Shown: positions 1 through 12,406, counted from the stretch's first letter. The stretch: DNA of 57,452 nucleotides from Octopus sinensis (GCF_006345805.1 NW_021835003.1:1-57452), one strand, 5' to 3'. Numbers and translations are program-made. Notes: generated from the letters alone by a model not told the origin.

Positions 1-308
1 TACTTAAGGATAAAATATAAAAAAAAAACATACAATTTCCTGTAAATTTTTAAATAAAAAAATTTTTTCTTTGATTATTCGAATAAGCAAACACTTCTTT
101 TGTCACAATAACACACTTAAGCACCTCCGGCGACCTAGCTTGCGCAACTTCAAAATATGCAACTTTCTGTAAGGACATAATTTCTTAATTTCTTCTAGCT
201 TTTCGAACAGGTAAAACATTCCTCTTTCCTACTCGGGACAAATTGAAGCTCCTCAAAAATTCAAAACTAAGAACATTTTTCCAGAACTGATAACAGATGC
301 TGATAATA

Positions 309-498
309 GGCGTAGGAGTGGCTGTGTGGTAAGTATCTTGCTTACCAACCACAAGGTTCTGGGTTCAGTCCCACTGCGTGGGACCTTGGGCAAGTGTCTT
401 TTACTATAGCCTCGGGCCGACCAAAGTCTTGTGAGTGGATTTGGTGGATGGAAACTGAAAGAAGCCCATCGTATATATGTATAGATATATATATATAT

Positions 499-531
<33 letters not shown>

Positions 532-754
532 ATATGTTTCTGTGTCTGTGATTGTCCCCTCAAAATCGCTTGACAACCGATGCTGGTGTGTTTACGTCCC
601 CGTCACTTAGCCGTTCGGCAAAAGAGACCGATGGAATAAGTACTAGGCTTACTAAGAATAAGTCCTGGGATCGATTCGCACGACTAAAAGATGGTGCTCC
701 AGTATGGCCACAGTCAAATGACTGAAACAAGTAAAAGAGTAAAGAGTAAAGAGA
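309..754 (+). mobile_element. SINE family A, full length
   Basis: A-box TGGCTGTGTGG, B-box-like GGTTCAGTCCC, central (TA)n(TG)n, (GTAAAAGA)n tail; about 18 copies in window. Confidence 0.9.
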
Positions 755-1005
755 GATTCAGAAAATAAGCGATCGGCATATTATCAAACTGCCTCGCTAC
801 ATAAACTGTAAAGTATGACAAGACTTCATTTTTAATATTGAAAGAAGTTATACGGTAACACTGGTTTACAGAGAAACTGGGGCAAACACAAAAATAGTTG
901 CCCTAGTCTTATTTTGTGGTGCTGATTTTAGATACGAAACCAGTGGTCACTCACCACCTCTAGTTTTTGAGATATGCATTATTATGATTTTGCGACAATT
1001 CATGT

Positions 1006-1680
1006 ACTCTCTTTACTCTTTTACTTGTTTCAGTCATTTGACTATGGCCGTGCTGGAGCACTGCCTTTTGTCGAACGAATCGGCCCCAGGACTTATTCTT
1101 TGTAAAGCCTAGTACTTATTCTATCGGTCCCTCTTTTGCCAAACCACTAACTTACGGGGACGTAAACACACCAGCATCGGTTATCAAGCGATCTTGAGGG
1201 GACAGACACAGACACACAAACATATACACACACACCACATACATATACATATATATACACATATACGACGGGCTTCTTTCAGTTTCCGGCTACCAAATCC
1301 ACTCACAAAGCTTTTGTTGGCCCGATGCTATAGCAGAAGATACTTGCCCAAGGTACTACGCAGTGGTACCTTGGCGAGCTGGCAGAAACGTTAGCACGCC
1401 GGGTGAAATGCTCAGCCGTATTTCGTCTGCCGTTACGTTGTGAGTTCAAATTCCGCCGAGATCGACTTTGCCTTTCATCCTTTCAGGGTCAATAAATTAA
1501 GTATCAGTTACTCACTGGAGTCGATGTAATCGACTTAATACCTATGTCTGTCCTTGTTTGTACCCTCTTTGTGTTTAGCCCCTTGTGGGTAATAAAGAAA
1601 TAGATACCACAAAGTGGCAGTGAATTCGGAACCATGTGGTTGGTGAGCAAGCTACTTACCACACAGCCACTCCTACGCCT
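1006..1680 (-). mobile_element. SINE A split by nested SINE B
   Basis: A tail at 1006, A head at 1607-1680, B copy between. Confidence 0.85.
1373..1603 (+). mobile_element. SINE family B, one unit, nested in SINE A
   Basis: GGCGAGCTGGCAGAAACGTTAGC head, GAGTTCAAATTCC B-box, AAAGAAATA end. Confidence 0.85.
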
Positions 1681-1882
1681 ATTATATATATATATAACCA
1701 TATATATGATCAATTTTTATTTTGTTTCCCAGATTTTTGTGATACATATAATGCATATCTCTACAATGTCTTCAGGCATTTCATAACACCGAGGATGCAT
1801 CAACAAGGCAAATTCATTCTGCTACGTGTGTGGGGATTTAACGACAGTTGCACAATGCCGAACAATTACCTCCATCCTGAGA

Positions 1883-2110
1883 ACTCTCTTTTACTCTTTT
1901 ACTTGTTTCAATCATTTGACTGCGGCCATGCTGGAGCACCGCCTTTAGTCGAGAAAATCGACCCCGGGGCGTATTCTTTGTAAGCCCAGTACGTATTCTA
2001 TCGGTCTCTTTTGCCGAACCGCTAAGTGACGAGGACATAAACACACCAGCATCGGTTGTCAAGCAATGCTAGGGGACAAACACAGACACACAAACATACA
2101 CACACACACA

Positions 2111-2155
<45 letters not shown>

Positions 2156-2345
2156 TATTATATATATATATATACATATATACGACAGGCTTCTTTCAGT
2201 TTCCGTCTACCAAATCCACTCACAAGGCATTGGTCGGCCAGGGGCTATAGCAGAAGACACATGCCCAATATGTCACGCAGTGAGACTGAACCCGGAACCA
2301 CGTGGTTGGTTAGCAAGCTACTTACCACTCAGCCACTCCTGCGCC
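1883..2345 (-). mobile_element. SINE A inside transposase remnant
   Basis: Full A consensus; transposase frame resumes on both sides. Confidence 0.9.
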
Positions 2346-2555
2346 TATAACTACTTACTTTTATTATCTTCCCTGTAAAATTGAAGATGAGGACAAATCC
2401 TGGGGAACCCCACACACCTAATGTGAACCCTGCTACAATGTACTGACTGCACGGTTCAACGGCAAGAAAACAGCCTGCAGCTTTGCTGTCCTGATAGTCT
2501 GGAGAGAGTCACGAAGCCATGCAGATGATTGTCATTTTAGTATTACAAATGGAAA

Positions 2556-2938
2556 TGGAAGCACTCCGTCGGTTACGACGACGAGGGTTCCGGTTGATCC
2601 GATCAACGGAACGGCCTGCTCGTGAAATTAACGTGTAAGTGGCTGAGCACTCCACAGACACGTGTACCCTTAACGTAGTTCTCGGGGATATTCAGCGTGA
2701 CACAGAGAGTGACAAGGCCGACACTTTGAAATACAGGTACAACAGAAACAGGAAGTAAGAGTGAGAGAAAGTTGTGGTGAAAGGGTACAGCAGGGATCAC
2801 CACCATCCCCTGCCGGAGCCTCGAGGAGCTTTTAGGTGTTTTCGCTCAATAAACACTCACAACGCCCGGTCTGGGAATCGAAACCGCGATCCTACGACCG
2901 CGAGTCTGCTGTCCTAACCACTGGGCCATTGCGCCTCC
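2556..2938 (-). mobile_element. SINE family C (tRNA-Arg-like head, tail 1)
   Basis: GGAGGCGCAATGGCCCAGTGG head; 11-bp TSD GTATTACAAAT at 2540-2550 and 2940-2950. Confidence 0.9.
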
Positions 2939-4249
2939 TGTATTACAAATATAACAGGTTTCACTGCTTCTTTTAGAAAAAAGATCAAATATTCCAACCT
3001 TCCCTCAGCTATGAGACCTGTTCTCCGCTCAGATGATTTCCGTGTCCCTACAACCCCAGAAAATAAGGATCTTCTTCCTTCATCAGATGAAGAAATGTCT
3101 TCAGGGGAAGATTCTACCAAGTCGATCTCTTCTGAAGACAATGTCTCTGTTTGTTCAGGAGCAAGTGGCAGTGAGCCCCACTGGATCACACAGTAAGACC
3201 TGAATGACCTTACCCGTGTTTTGTATCTATTTAAGCAGAAATCAGAGCTCCTGGCCTCCCGGCTTAAGCAGTGGAACCTGGTCAAGGCAGATGTAAGGAT
3301 CACCAGTCTCCGGACACTGAATCAGGACCTTGTTTCATTCTTCGACATGTAAAACAGGTTGTGCTACAGCACAAATGTCTGTGGCTTGTTCACCTTGGTT
3401 TTTCACACAATTCGTCAGACTGAGGTATTTTCATAAACTCTTCCAAGCGAAGTCTGAAGGTTGTGCTCTTGCACAATGGGAATAAATACCCCAGCATTTC
3501 CCTTGCCTACGCGGTCCATCTGAAAGAGTCGTATGGCAATATGGAGCTCCTTTTGGAAACTATCAAGCACAATCAGTACCAATAAGACCTCAAGGTCATT
3601 GGGCTCCTTATGGGTATGCAAGCGGGCTTCGCAAAGTACTGTTGCTTTCTCTGTCACTGGGGATCTAGGAGCACTTTCGTGCTTGATAAACACAATGCCC
3701 AAGAAAATCCTCTGATGTACATGAACAGGGGGTTCTTCTTCCTTTTCATATCAAGCTTGGTTTAATGAAGAATTTTGTGAAGGCCATGAACAAAAATGTC
3801 GCTGCCTTCCAACATTTGTGCAATCTGTTCCCAGTTCTGCTAAGCTCAGGGAGGGCATCTTTGTTGGACCTCAGATCCGAGAGGTGCTGAAGGATAAGGA
3901 CGTTGAGGAGCTTCTTTCCTTAAAGGAACTGAGAGCATTTAAGTCAGTTTGCCATGGCTTCCTTGGTAACACACGGTACGAGATTACCAAGAGTGTATCG
4001 AGAAGTTGTTACAGTCTTATGAGGATTTGGGATGCCGAATGTCACTCAAAATTCACTTTTTTCCACTTCCGTCTCAACTTCTTTCCTCCGAAGCTCGGAG
4101 CAGTGAGTGATGAGCATGGAGAAAGATTACACCAAGATATTACTAAGATGGAAAGCAACTACCAAGTCAAGTGGAACCCTAAAAGTAAAAATGGGAATCC
4201 TAAAAATAGACCTAAAAATAGACTCAGGAAGATAATATGGTTCTAATCT

Positions 4250-4820
4250 ACCCTATACCATTTTAGAGAAGCATTTCCCTGTAAACTTTAAATACTGGAA
4301 AATTTTTAATAGCCACACGATCAAAGTTTCATATAGCTGCTGCCCCAATATGAAGAACTTTATCACTTGTAAGCACCACCAAAAGCCCACTCCCATTTGT
4401 TATGATCGATACCATGAAGATTTCCCACTTGACTAGGAGTGTATGATAAACTCTGAAGTTACACCAACTCTACGTGATAACCTAACTGAAAGAAAACTTA
4501 CATCGGTTTAAGCGAAGATAATTTCAAATGACGTTATGCAAACCACCAATCTTCTTTTCGGCACATCGACAAAAGTAAAATCACTAAGTTGGCTAACCAT
4601 GTATGGGGTTTGAAGACCAACTGCACACCGCATACAATCAAGAAGAGAATCGTAGAGAAATCCAAAACATATACAGATGGCTATAAGAAATGCAACTTAT
4701 GCGTAGCTGAAATATTGCACATTCTCTTTAGATCTACGAATTCCATCGCCTTACGTAATTCCAGATCAGATATTTTCAGCAAATACAAACGCATCGACAT
4801 AATTCTCTCGACGATCTAGA
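4250..4820 (+). pseudogene. Penelope-like element C-terminal GIY-YIG endonuclease remnant
   Basis: HFP..KIFNSHTIKVSYSCCPNM; TYIGLSEDNFK*RYANHQSSF; HVWGLK; KKCNLCVAE. Confidence 0.75.
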
Positions 4821-5162
4821 GGATACCACCCTCTCCGGATTGAGCAGCTGTCTCGCAGACTTCGGACCTCTCTTCGTTGAACTATTCGACGACAACTAGC
4901 TAAATTATAGGGACGTAACTTTAATTCTCCTTCTTTTCTTTTTCAGTTTTCATTCCCCCTTACACTTTTTGCTTCAACCTTATTGTTTTTCTTGCTTTTT
5001 TCTCGTGATTTCTCACGTACCAGCGTCCTGATTTCCGTATAGAACAGACCATAAGCTCAGAGCCTGACAACTGCTTGGAGATACAAGGCATGTTATAAAG
5101 GCATGCTTAGAGATGTGTCTTCCCAGTAAGAAACTATTAGTGGTTCTTATATATATATATAA

Positions 5163-5202
<40 letters not shown>

Positions 5203-5419
5203 ATATATATCAGAACCACTAACAGAATTTTAGGATATATAAATCTACCTCTTTATCGTTTGAGAATAAAATTATTTCTTTATCTGTATCTTTCATTACA
5301 TTTCAACACTTCTAAAACAAACTTTGTTGACTTCCAACGTAAGTTGAATTTAACATACGATAACGTCTTACAAAGTTAGATTTATACATCCTAAAATTGC
5401 TGAAGAATTTTTTCGCTGG

Positions 5420-5485
5420 ACAGTTTAGCTTAATGGTAAAGCACTCGACGCGTAATCACAGGGATGTGAGTTCGAGTTGCATAGC
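5420..5485 (+). other. Isolated degenerate tRNA-like head (SINE relic or tRNA pseudogene)
   Basis: TAGCTTAATGG A-box and GAGTTCGAGT B-box; poor acceptor stem. Confidence 0.35.
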
Positions 5486-6095
5486 TGGCCGCCGACAAAC
5501 TTTTTTACATAATATGGATAGTTTATCCTGTTCATGCTATATTATTAGCATTATCCTGCGTTTGAAAATATAATGTTTTCCTTATCTGTGTGTATGTAGG
5601 TATCTATCTATATATGCAACAGAATCAACTTACCATGTTGTGTAGTGGGAGATTTTTTTCATGTACATCATCATCATCATCATCATGAAGAGCAACAGCA
5701 TCAATTATAGCAACAGGAAACAGTATCCCGCAATTGACTTTTGTTTTATGACAGAAATATCTGTAACAATAGAACGTTCAACTCGGTAATTTATTTTATC
5801 GAATCAGACGTGTTCATTATTTTTTTGATGTGTTTATTTAATTAATTGACCTCGGCCTATATCTTAATGTATCTAATTAAACGAGTTCATTTTACGCAGA
5901 CGCGCTTTCGCCGTAATTAAACATAATTTAAGTAGTGATTTGACAGAGTCGTTAGAACATCGGAGAGAAAGCCTGTCGGTATTTTTCTCGTCTCTCTGTG
6001 CTCCGAGTTCAGTCCCGCCGAGGCTATAATTTGCCTCAGTAGATCTTGAGACCAGTTCACGATTAGGAAGTCGACGATTACAGTAATAGTAGTAA

Positions 6096-6660
6096 GGTGG
6101 CAAGCTGGCAGAATCGTTAGCACGTAGGACAAAATAATGCTTAGCGGTATTTCGTCTGCCGCTACGTTCTGAGTTCAAATTCCGCCGTGGTCGACTTTGC
6201 CTTTCATCCTTTCGGGGTCGATTAAATAAGTGCCAGTTACGCACTGGGGTCGATATAATCGACTTAATCCGTTTGTCTGTCCTTGTTCGTCCCCTCTGTG
6301 TTTAGCCCCATGTGGGTAGTAAAGAAATAGGTATTTCGTCTGCCGTTACGTTCTGAGTTCAAATTCCGCGAGGTCGACTTTGCCTTTCATCCTTTCGGGG
6401 TCGATAAATTAAGTACCAGTTACGCACTGGGGTCGATATAATCGACTCAATCCGTGTGTCTGTCCTTGTTCGCCCCCTCTGTGTTTAACCCCTTGTGGGT
6501 AGTAAAGAAATAGGTATTTCGTCTGTCGCAATATTGTGAGTTAAAATTCCGTCGAGGTCGACTTTGCCTTTAATCCTTTCGGGGTCGATAAATTAAGTAC
6601 CAGTTACGCACTGTGGTCGATGTAATCGATTGCCCCCCTCCCCAAACTTCAGGTTTGGGG
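6096..6660 (+). mobile_element. SINE B: head + 2 full 184-bp units + third unit with older tail
   Basis: GTATTTCGTCTG recurs at 6147, 6331, 6514. Confidence 0.9.
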
Positions 6661-7519
6661 GTACGGCCTGGCATTTACAATCGTCCCCGTACTTACAATG
6701 TCCTTTCATCTGATAATTGCAGTCACTAGAATTTCTGTTTGCATTCTATAGAAGGGTGATAGAGAGTATGAACAATAATGCCATGAGACATATTCTAGAT
6801 ATTAAGGATGATGAGCTGAAAAGCTAATGTTCCACAGAGAATCTCCAGTAAGATACGTTCAGCAAATTCCCATCAACGTTTGATCTGGATATTGTGTGAA
6901 GGCGATCGATGGTTCGGGATACGTTCTACATGCACACTACAGCTGCAGTTGTACGTATGAATGATGTGAAGACAATGATGAAGGCGTTCTCTCTCTTTAG
7001 TGTACATAGATCGCATAGAGAAGTAGTTATATCTCACGGCTGGTATTACGAACCATCCACTGTGAAAATCGACGGGAGCCCTTTTTCTAGTTATGAAAGG
7101 GACAGGTCATTTTTCTATTTGGGAACGGGTTTGAAAGGACTGAGCGGCGGCCTTTTCCACTCCGACCACACGTTATGAGTGATAAATGTAATGGAAGTAC
7201 AAAAAAAGTTGTCACTTTATTTTACTTCCGGTTGGGGGAACCAGAGAATTCTGGAGCAGAGAATGGACGTGGTTTTAGGTTGTCCTCTTCGTCCAGCCGG
7301 ACTGGCGTCAGTTTTGAAGACCTTATTTATGTACATATTTATTATGTATCATCCACAGGAAACAAATATCCGTTTGTCTCTCTCTACTTTGTTTTCTAAC
7401 ATTACATATTATGTCAATAAGTTAATTAGAAAACAGTGTTGTATATTTTTCAATACGTTAAGCTGTACAAACTATTCCAATAGAGTTATAAATCTCGTTA
7501 AATTATTGTAGTTCATTTT

Positions 7520-7549
7520 ATATTATCATCATCATCGTTGTTGTTGTTG

Positions 7550-7590
<41 letters not shown>

Positions 7591-7647
7591 TTGTTGTTGT
7601 TGTTGTTGTTGTTGTCGTCATCATCATCATCATTATTATTATCATTA

Positions 7648-7704
<57 letters not shown>

Positions 7705-7916
7705 CATTATTATTATTATTATCACCATTATCATCATCATCATTATTATTATTATTATTATTATTATCATTCATCATCATCATCATTATAATAATTATTA
7801 TTATTATTATTATCACCATTATCATCATCATTATAATTATCATTATTATTATTATTATTATTATCACCATTATCATCATCATCATTATTATTATCATCAT
7901 CATCATCATCATTATA

Positions 7917-7948
<32 letters not shown>

Positions 7949-8078
7949 CACCATTATCATCATCATCATTATTATTATTATTATTATCATCATCATCATC
8001 ATTATTATCATCATCATCATTATTATTATTTTTATTATCTTCATCATTATCTTCGTCATCATCATCGTCATTATCTTT

Positions 8079-8141
<63 letters not shown>

Positions 8142-8159
8142 TTTATTATTGATATTGTT

Positions 8160-8190
<31 letters not shown>

Positions 8191-8210
8191 CCATTATTAT
8201 TGTTATTATG
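7520..8210. repeat. Compound (ATT/ATC/GTT)n microsatellite
   Basis: Direct reading. Confidence 0.95.
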
Positions 8211-8667
8211 GATATTATAGTTTCACTTTATATATATATATATTCCCTCTCAGTCATTATTTTATAATTTCCTGAGGTATCAATTCTCTTTTACTAGGTT
8301 AAATTTTCACACATAAATCTGTCCGACATATCACTTGTGTATTTTTCAGTTTTCGTCTGCTAATTGCATGCCAAGTGACTTGTTCTGAAAACGTTGCATT
8401 GGAAATTACATCCTTGAAAATACCTGATATTTTAAGTAAGTTTTAGACAGATAAAGAGAGAGAGAGAGAGAGAGAGAGGAGAGGAAGGTAGAGTGAGGAA
8501 GAGAGGGAGAGAGAAGAAGAGAGAGGGAGGAATGCTGCAGAGGTGGAGGAAAGACTGAAAGACGGAAAACCGAAAAAAGAACCACTGCAAAAAGGAAGAA
8601 TCGAGGTGAGAGTGCGTTTGTGAAATTTGTCTACATGGCGTCAGTAGATTGACTAGTGCCACAGCTT

Positions 8668-8722
<55 letters not shown>

Positions 8723-8810
8723 GTATATATATATGTATATATATATATGGATATATATATATGTATATATATATGTATATATATATATATATAAACATAT
8801 ATATATATAT

Positions 8811-8872
8811 GGCGGTGCCCCAGCATGGCCACAGCTCATTAGCTGAAACTGGAAAAATCAAAATCAAAATCA
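8811..8872 (+). mobile_element. 5'-truncated retroposon tail related to SINE A 3' end
   Basis: GGCGGTGCCCCAGCATGGCCACAG..CTGAAAC followed by (AAAATC)n. Confidence 0.5.
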
Positions 8873-9113
8873 ATATATATATATATAAATATATATATAA
8901 TATATATATATATATAAACATATATATATAAGTATATATATGTATTTATAAGTATATATATATATAAATACCCCCCACACATATATATCGCCTCTATTTC
9001 TCTTCTCTAGGGCTCTACGGTTAAACGAAGAAAGAAAAAAAAACAAAGTAGAAGAAGAAAAAGAATAACATAAACGAGTCCAACTTAATTAATTTCAAGT
9101 TCCGAGTTATGTC

Positions 9114-9150
9114 GTGCTGAAGAGTCCATAAGGAGGACGAAATAGTGCAT
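9114..9150 (+). ncRNA. Minimal hammerhead-like motif, probably decayed
   Basis: CTGAAGA-GTCC(ATAAGGA)GGAC-GAAA; putative cleavage triplet GTG is non-canonical. Confidence 0.45.
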
Positions 9151-9277
9151 AGAAACATATGTATGCTCTTAACCGTTTATTTTAGTTATAAATTCCTCAA
9201 CATGTTTAAAGCGTAAGCTAGAAGTGATTCTCTCCTCTTCAGTAGAAACAGTCAATCACGCATATATATATATGCGC

Positions 9278-9308
<31 letters not shown>

Positions 9309-9786
9309 TGTGTTTGTGTGTGTGTATGTGTGCGTGCGCGTGTGTGTATATATACATATGCAAATATATGTATATGAATATATAGAGATATGTATATATA
9401 TATATATATAATCATATCAAAGGGAAATGGAATTTAATTAAAATTAAAATATTCAATTAAAAATTTACATTTCCAGTGGTCTAACGTGCAAAAAAAATTA
9501 GTCAAGAAGACTATATATTAGTCATACGATATAGTGTATATTTATACACATAAGGAATCCACTTTACATGAATTCAACACAAATTTGGATGGTAAATGTT
9601 TTTCATTTCCAAATTTATTCCTGTCGAATTTTATCCGTTATTTTTGTGGTTTACAGAACCTAGCTGTTCTTTCTAATGTGTTGAATTCACGTTCATATAT
9701 ATACATATATGAATATATATAGGTATGTATATATATATATATATATATAGATATATATATATTATATATAATATATATATTATATA

Positions 9787-10168
9787 TGGAAGCACTCCGT
9801 CGGTTACGACGACGAGGGTTCCGGTTGATCCGATCAACGGAACAGCCTGCTCATGAAATTAACGTGTAAGTGGCTGAGCACTCCACAGACACGTGTACCT
9901 TAACGTAGTTCTCGGGGATATTCAGGCGTGACACAGAGAGTGACAAGGCCGGCCCTTTGAAATACAGGTACAACAGGAAAACAGGAAGTAAGAGTGAGAG
10001 AAAGTTGTGGTGAAAGAGTACAGCAGGGCTCACCACCATCCCCTGCCGGAGCCTCGAGGAGCTTTAGGTGTTTTCGCTCAATAAACACTCACAACGCCCG
10101 GTCTGGGAATCGAAACCGCGATCCTATAACCGCGAGTCCGCTGCCCTAACCACTGGGCCATTGCGCCT

Positions 10169-10170
<2 letters not shown>
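9787..10170 (-). mobile_element. SINE C, full length
   Basis: Near-identical to 2556-2938. Confidence 0.9.
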
Positions 10171-10214
<44 letters not shown>

Positions 10215-10237
10215 CACAATATATATATATATATATA

Positions 10238-10278
<41 letters not shown>

Positions 10279-11499
10279 TGTTGCGGGGTCCCCCGTCGTC
10301 GCCCGTCCCGAACGGCTCACACAAGTTCCGCCACGGAACCCAAAGAGGCGGAGAGAGGAGATACAGATAGATACCGCCACAACCTCAACAGCACAGAGAT
10401 ACAGAGGCACAACCCGAGATACAACCCAAAGAGGCAAGGCAACAACTGGCGACACTGGCTTATATTCAAACAACAGTTTATACGACAATTACAATTGCTA
10501 CACATCAAATACATTTAAGGCAGACATTTAAAGGAAGACATGCACGTGACTACTCAATGCATCATACAACAGATCAAACATTTAACAACAGCATTTCAAG
10601 ATTACAATTCAAAGCATAATACAACATCATGTAACAATTCAAGAGTACAACGTCCCAAGACAACAGTTCTCTTAAAGTCTCTTTCTGAACATCAATACCA
10701 CAACTCGATAATCGACACATCGACAGAGTCTCTGACTGTTCCTTCACTGTCCAATACACCGTGACACATATCAATGCACAAACACATACCTCAATTCCCA
10801 ATTGAATCTGCCAGTGTCCCATTCCTCCCAATACTGCTAAATCCTCTGATACTCTGCTATTCCCTCTGTGCATATTCCAATCGCTCGCTCCTAGGCCTCC
10901 TCGCATCCCAGCTCGCTCCCAGGAATTCCAACGCTTGCTCCTTAAATCCAAGGTTCCATCCACTCGCTCTGACCTCCAGAGTCCGTCTGTCTTCTTCGAG
11001 GACCGGCCAGCGACCCCAAGATCCGTCTGTGTTCCTCGACGACCGCTCAACGACTGCCAAGACCTCACTTCGTCTCTGTCCTCGCTTCCACTCCCTCATC
11101 TCCCTCTGTACCGCTCACACCCTCTCTAACTGCCCTGGTCCTTATACTCTATCTATATCCTCAATCTGTCCCTTACTGCTTATCCTTTCTATTTGCCCTC
11201 TGCTCTTACTCTATCGCTATCGCCTGCCAGACTCTTCCTCTCTATCTGTCCCTTTTCTCTTACTGTCAATACCCTCTCCATCTGTTCTTAGATTCCCTTA
11301 ATCTGTCTTCCTCTTTCACTTCTTCAAGGGGTGCTCAGAATGACCTCCAATCGACCGCACAAGGTCAAAAGTCTCATTAACTCCCACTAGACAAAGGACC
11401 CGTCACTTTTCACCAGACATACTGGAACCATTATTCCTATGTGGGTCACCAGAAACACTACACTAATTAAACCCGAAATGCACTTAGCCAACCGTAACA
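10279..11499 (-). mobile_element. Solo LTR (Gypsy-like) in (TA)n
   Basis: TGTTGCGG...CCGTAACA termini (7/8 inverted), TG..CA, ATAT on both flanks; strand tentative. Confidence 0.65.
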
Positions 11500-11898
11500 A
11501 TATATATATAATTTACCAAAAATTAATTTGCGAATGTGTCATTAATTCTATTATTATCCAATGCAACTATTCTAAAAATGATAACAGAATCAATGGCACA
11601 GGCGATAGCAAGCCCCCAAAATAGCATTAAATAGCCGAGGGAATTAGATTTTGCCCTCGTTTTGATTTCTGTAGTTTTCATCAGTGTATTTTTGGCGATT
11701 TAATAAGAGTTTTGACTGTTATTTCTAGCAGGTAGACATACCTAGTATGTCCTTTGATTAATTTTAATCCCTTGGCTATTTAATGCTATTTTTGGCCTGC
11801 TATCATTGTGTCATTGATTCTGTTATTATCATATATATATATATATATACATAAGAGAACAAGGTGTACGTTACGCCGCAATAATATATGTATAAAAA

Positions 11899-12406
11899 TC
11901 TCTCTATATAAAACTAGTTGTGTGAGTGTCTGTCTCCTACGATTTAGATTCCTAACTCCCACATTTTGCGGTGCAGTTTAACCAAATTCAGGTATCTTAT
12001 AGTCGTGATTAATATCGAGCCCGTCTGGCTATTAGCGCGCGTCTACGATGAGTCTACGATTTTAAAAATAATTTAACATCATTTTTTATTCCATTTTAAT
12101 GCATAATTTTTCGTGTGTCGATGGCGGCGGAGTTGGCGTCCATGGTCACACCTGCATCTGTTTGCTTCTCCCCCTTCTACCCTCCCTCGTGAAGCTGTGG
12201 GGAAGGGAGTTTAAGGAAATCAACGTCGTAATGCGTTGTCAAGGAGACCAGCGTTCTTTTAGAACAACGACTTCATGGCTTGAAGACACCAAAACAGAAA
12301 TGGCTAAGAAAGCCCGAATTGGCATCTATAAAGGAAGTAACTCTCTAAAAATGCTTATATAGTTATTTCCCTTACAAACCCGAGCAACGCCGGGCGATAC
12401 TGCTAG
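11899..12406 (+). mobile_element. Non-autonomous Helitron
   Basis: A|TC start, CCCGAGCAACGCCGGG hairpin, CTAG|T end, no TSD. Confidence 0.85.

Larger units (their letters stand above)
859..4190 (+). mobile_element. Decayed Chapaev3-like (CMC) DNA transposon interrupted by nested SINEs
   Basis: Putative CACTG 5' end at 859; transposase motifs recoverable across insertions; 3' end truncated. Confidence 0.7.
1789..4190 (+). pseudogene. Chapaev3-like transposase remnant in three pieces (1789-1882, 2346-2550, 2951-4190)
   Basis: CINKANSFCYVCG / DEDKSWGTPH..CEPC..VWRE..HADDCHF / NLPSAMRPV / SSKRSLKVVLLHNGNKYPS / HIKLGLMKNFVKAM / EGIFVGPQIR / GAVSDEHGERLHQDI; stops and frameshifts. Confidence 0.8.

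Noticed and set aside
253-576. Recurrent ORFs such as RASFSFRLPNPLTRLWSARGYS
   Set aside because: Antisense readings of SINE A recurring in every copy, with variable frames
2870-2938. Functional tRNA genes in SINE heads
   Set aside because: No complete cloverleaf; continuous with SINE bodies
5061-5102. Hammerhead at the end of the Penelope remnant
   Set aside because: Core CTGACAA has two changes and GAAA is missing
7538-8194. Long ORFs of poly-I/H/Y/M
   Set aside because: Translations of stop-free trinucleotide microsatellite
10574-11301. 164-aa and 175-aa overlapping ORFs
   Set aside because: Low-complexity frames inside the putative LTR with no recognisable domain
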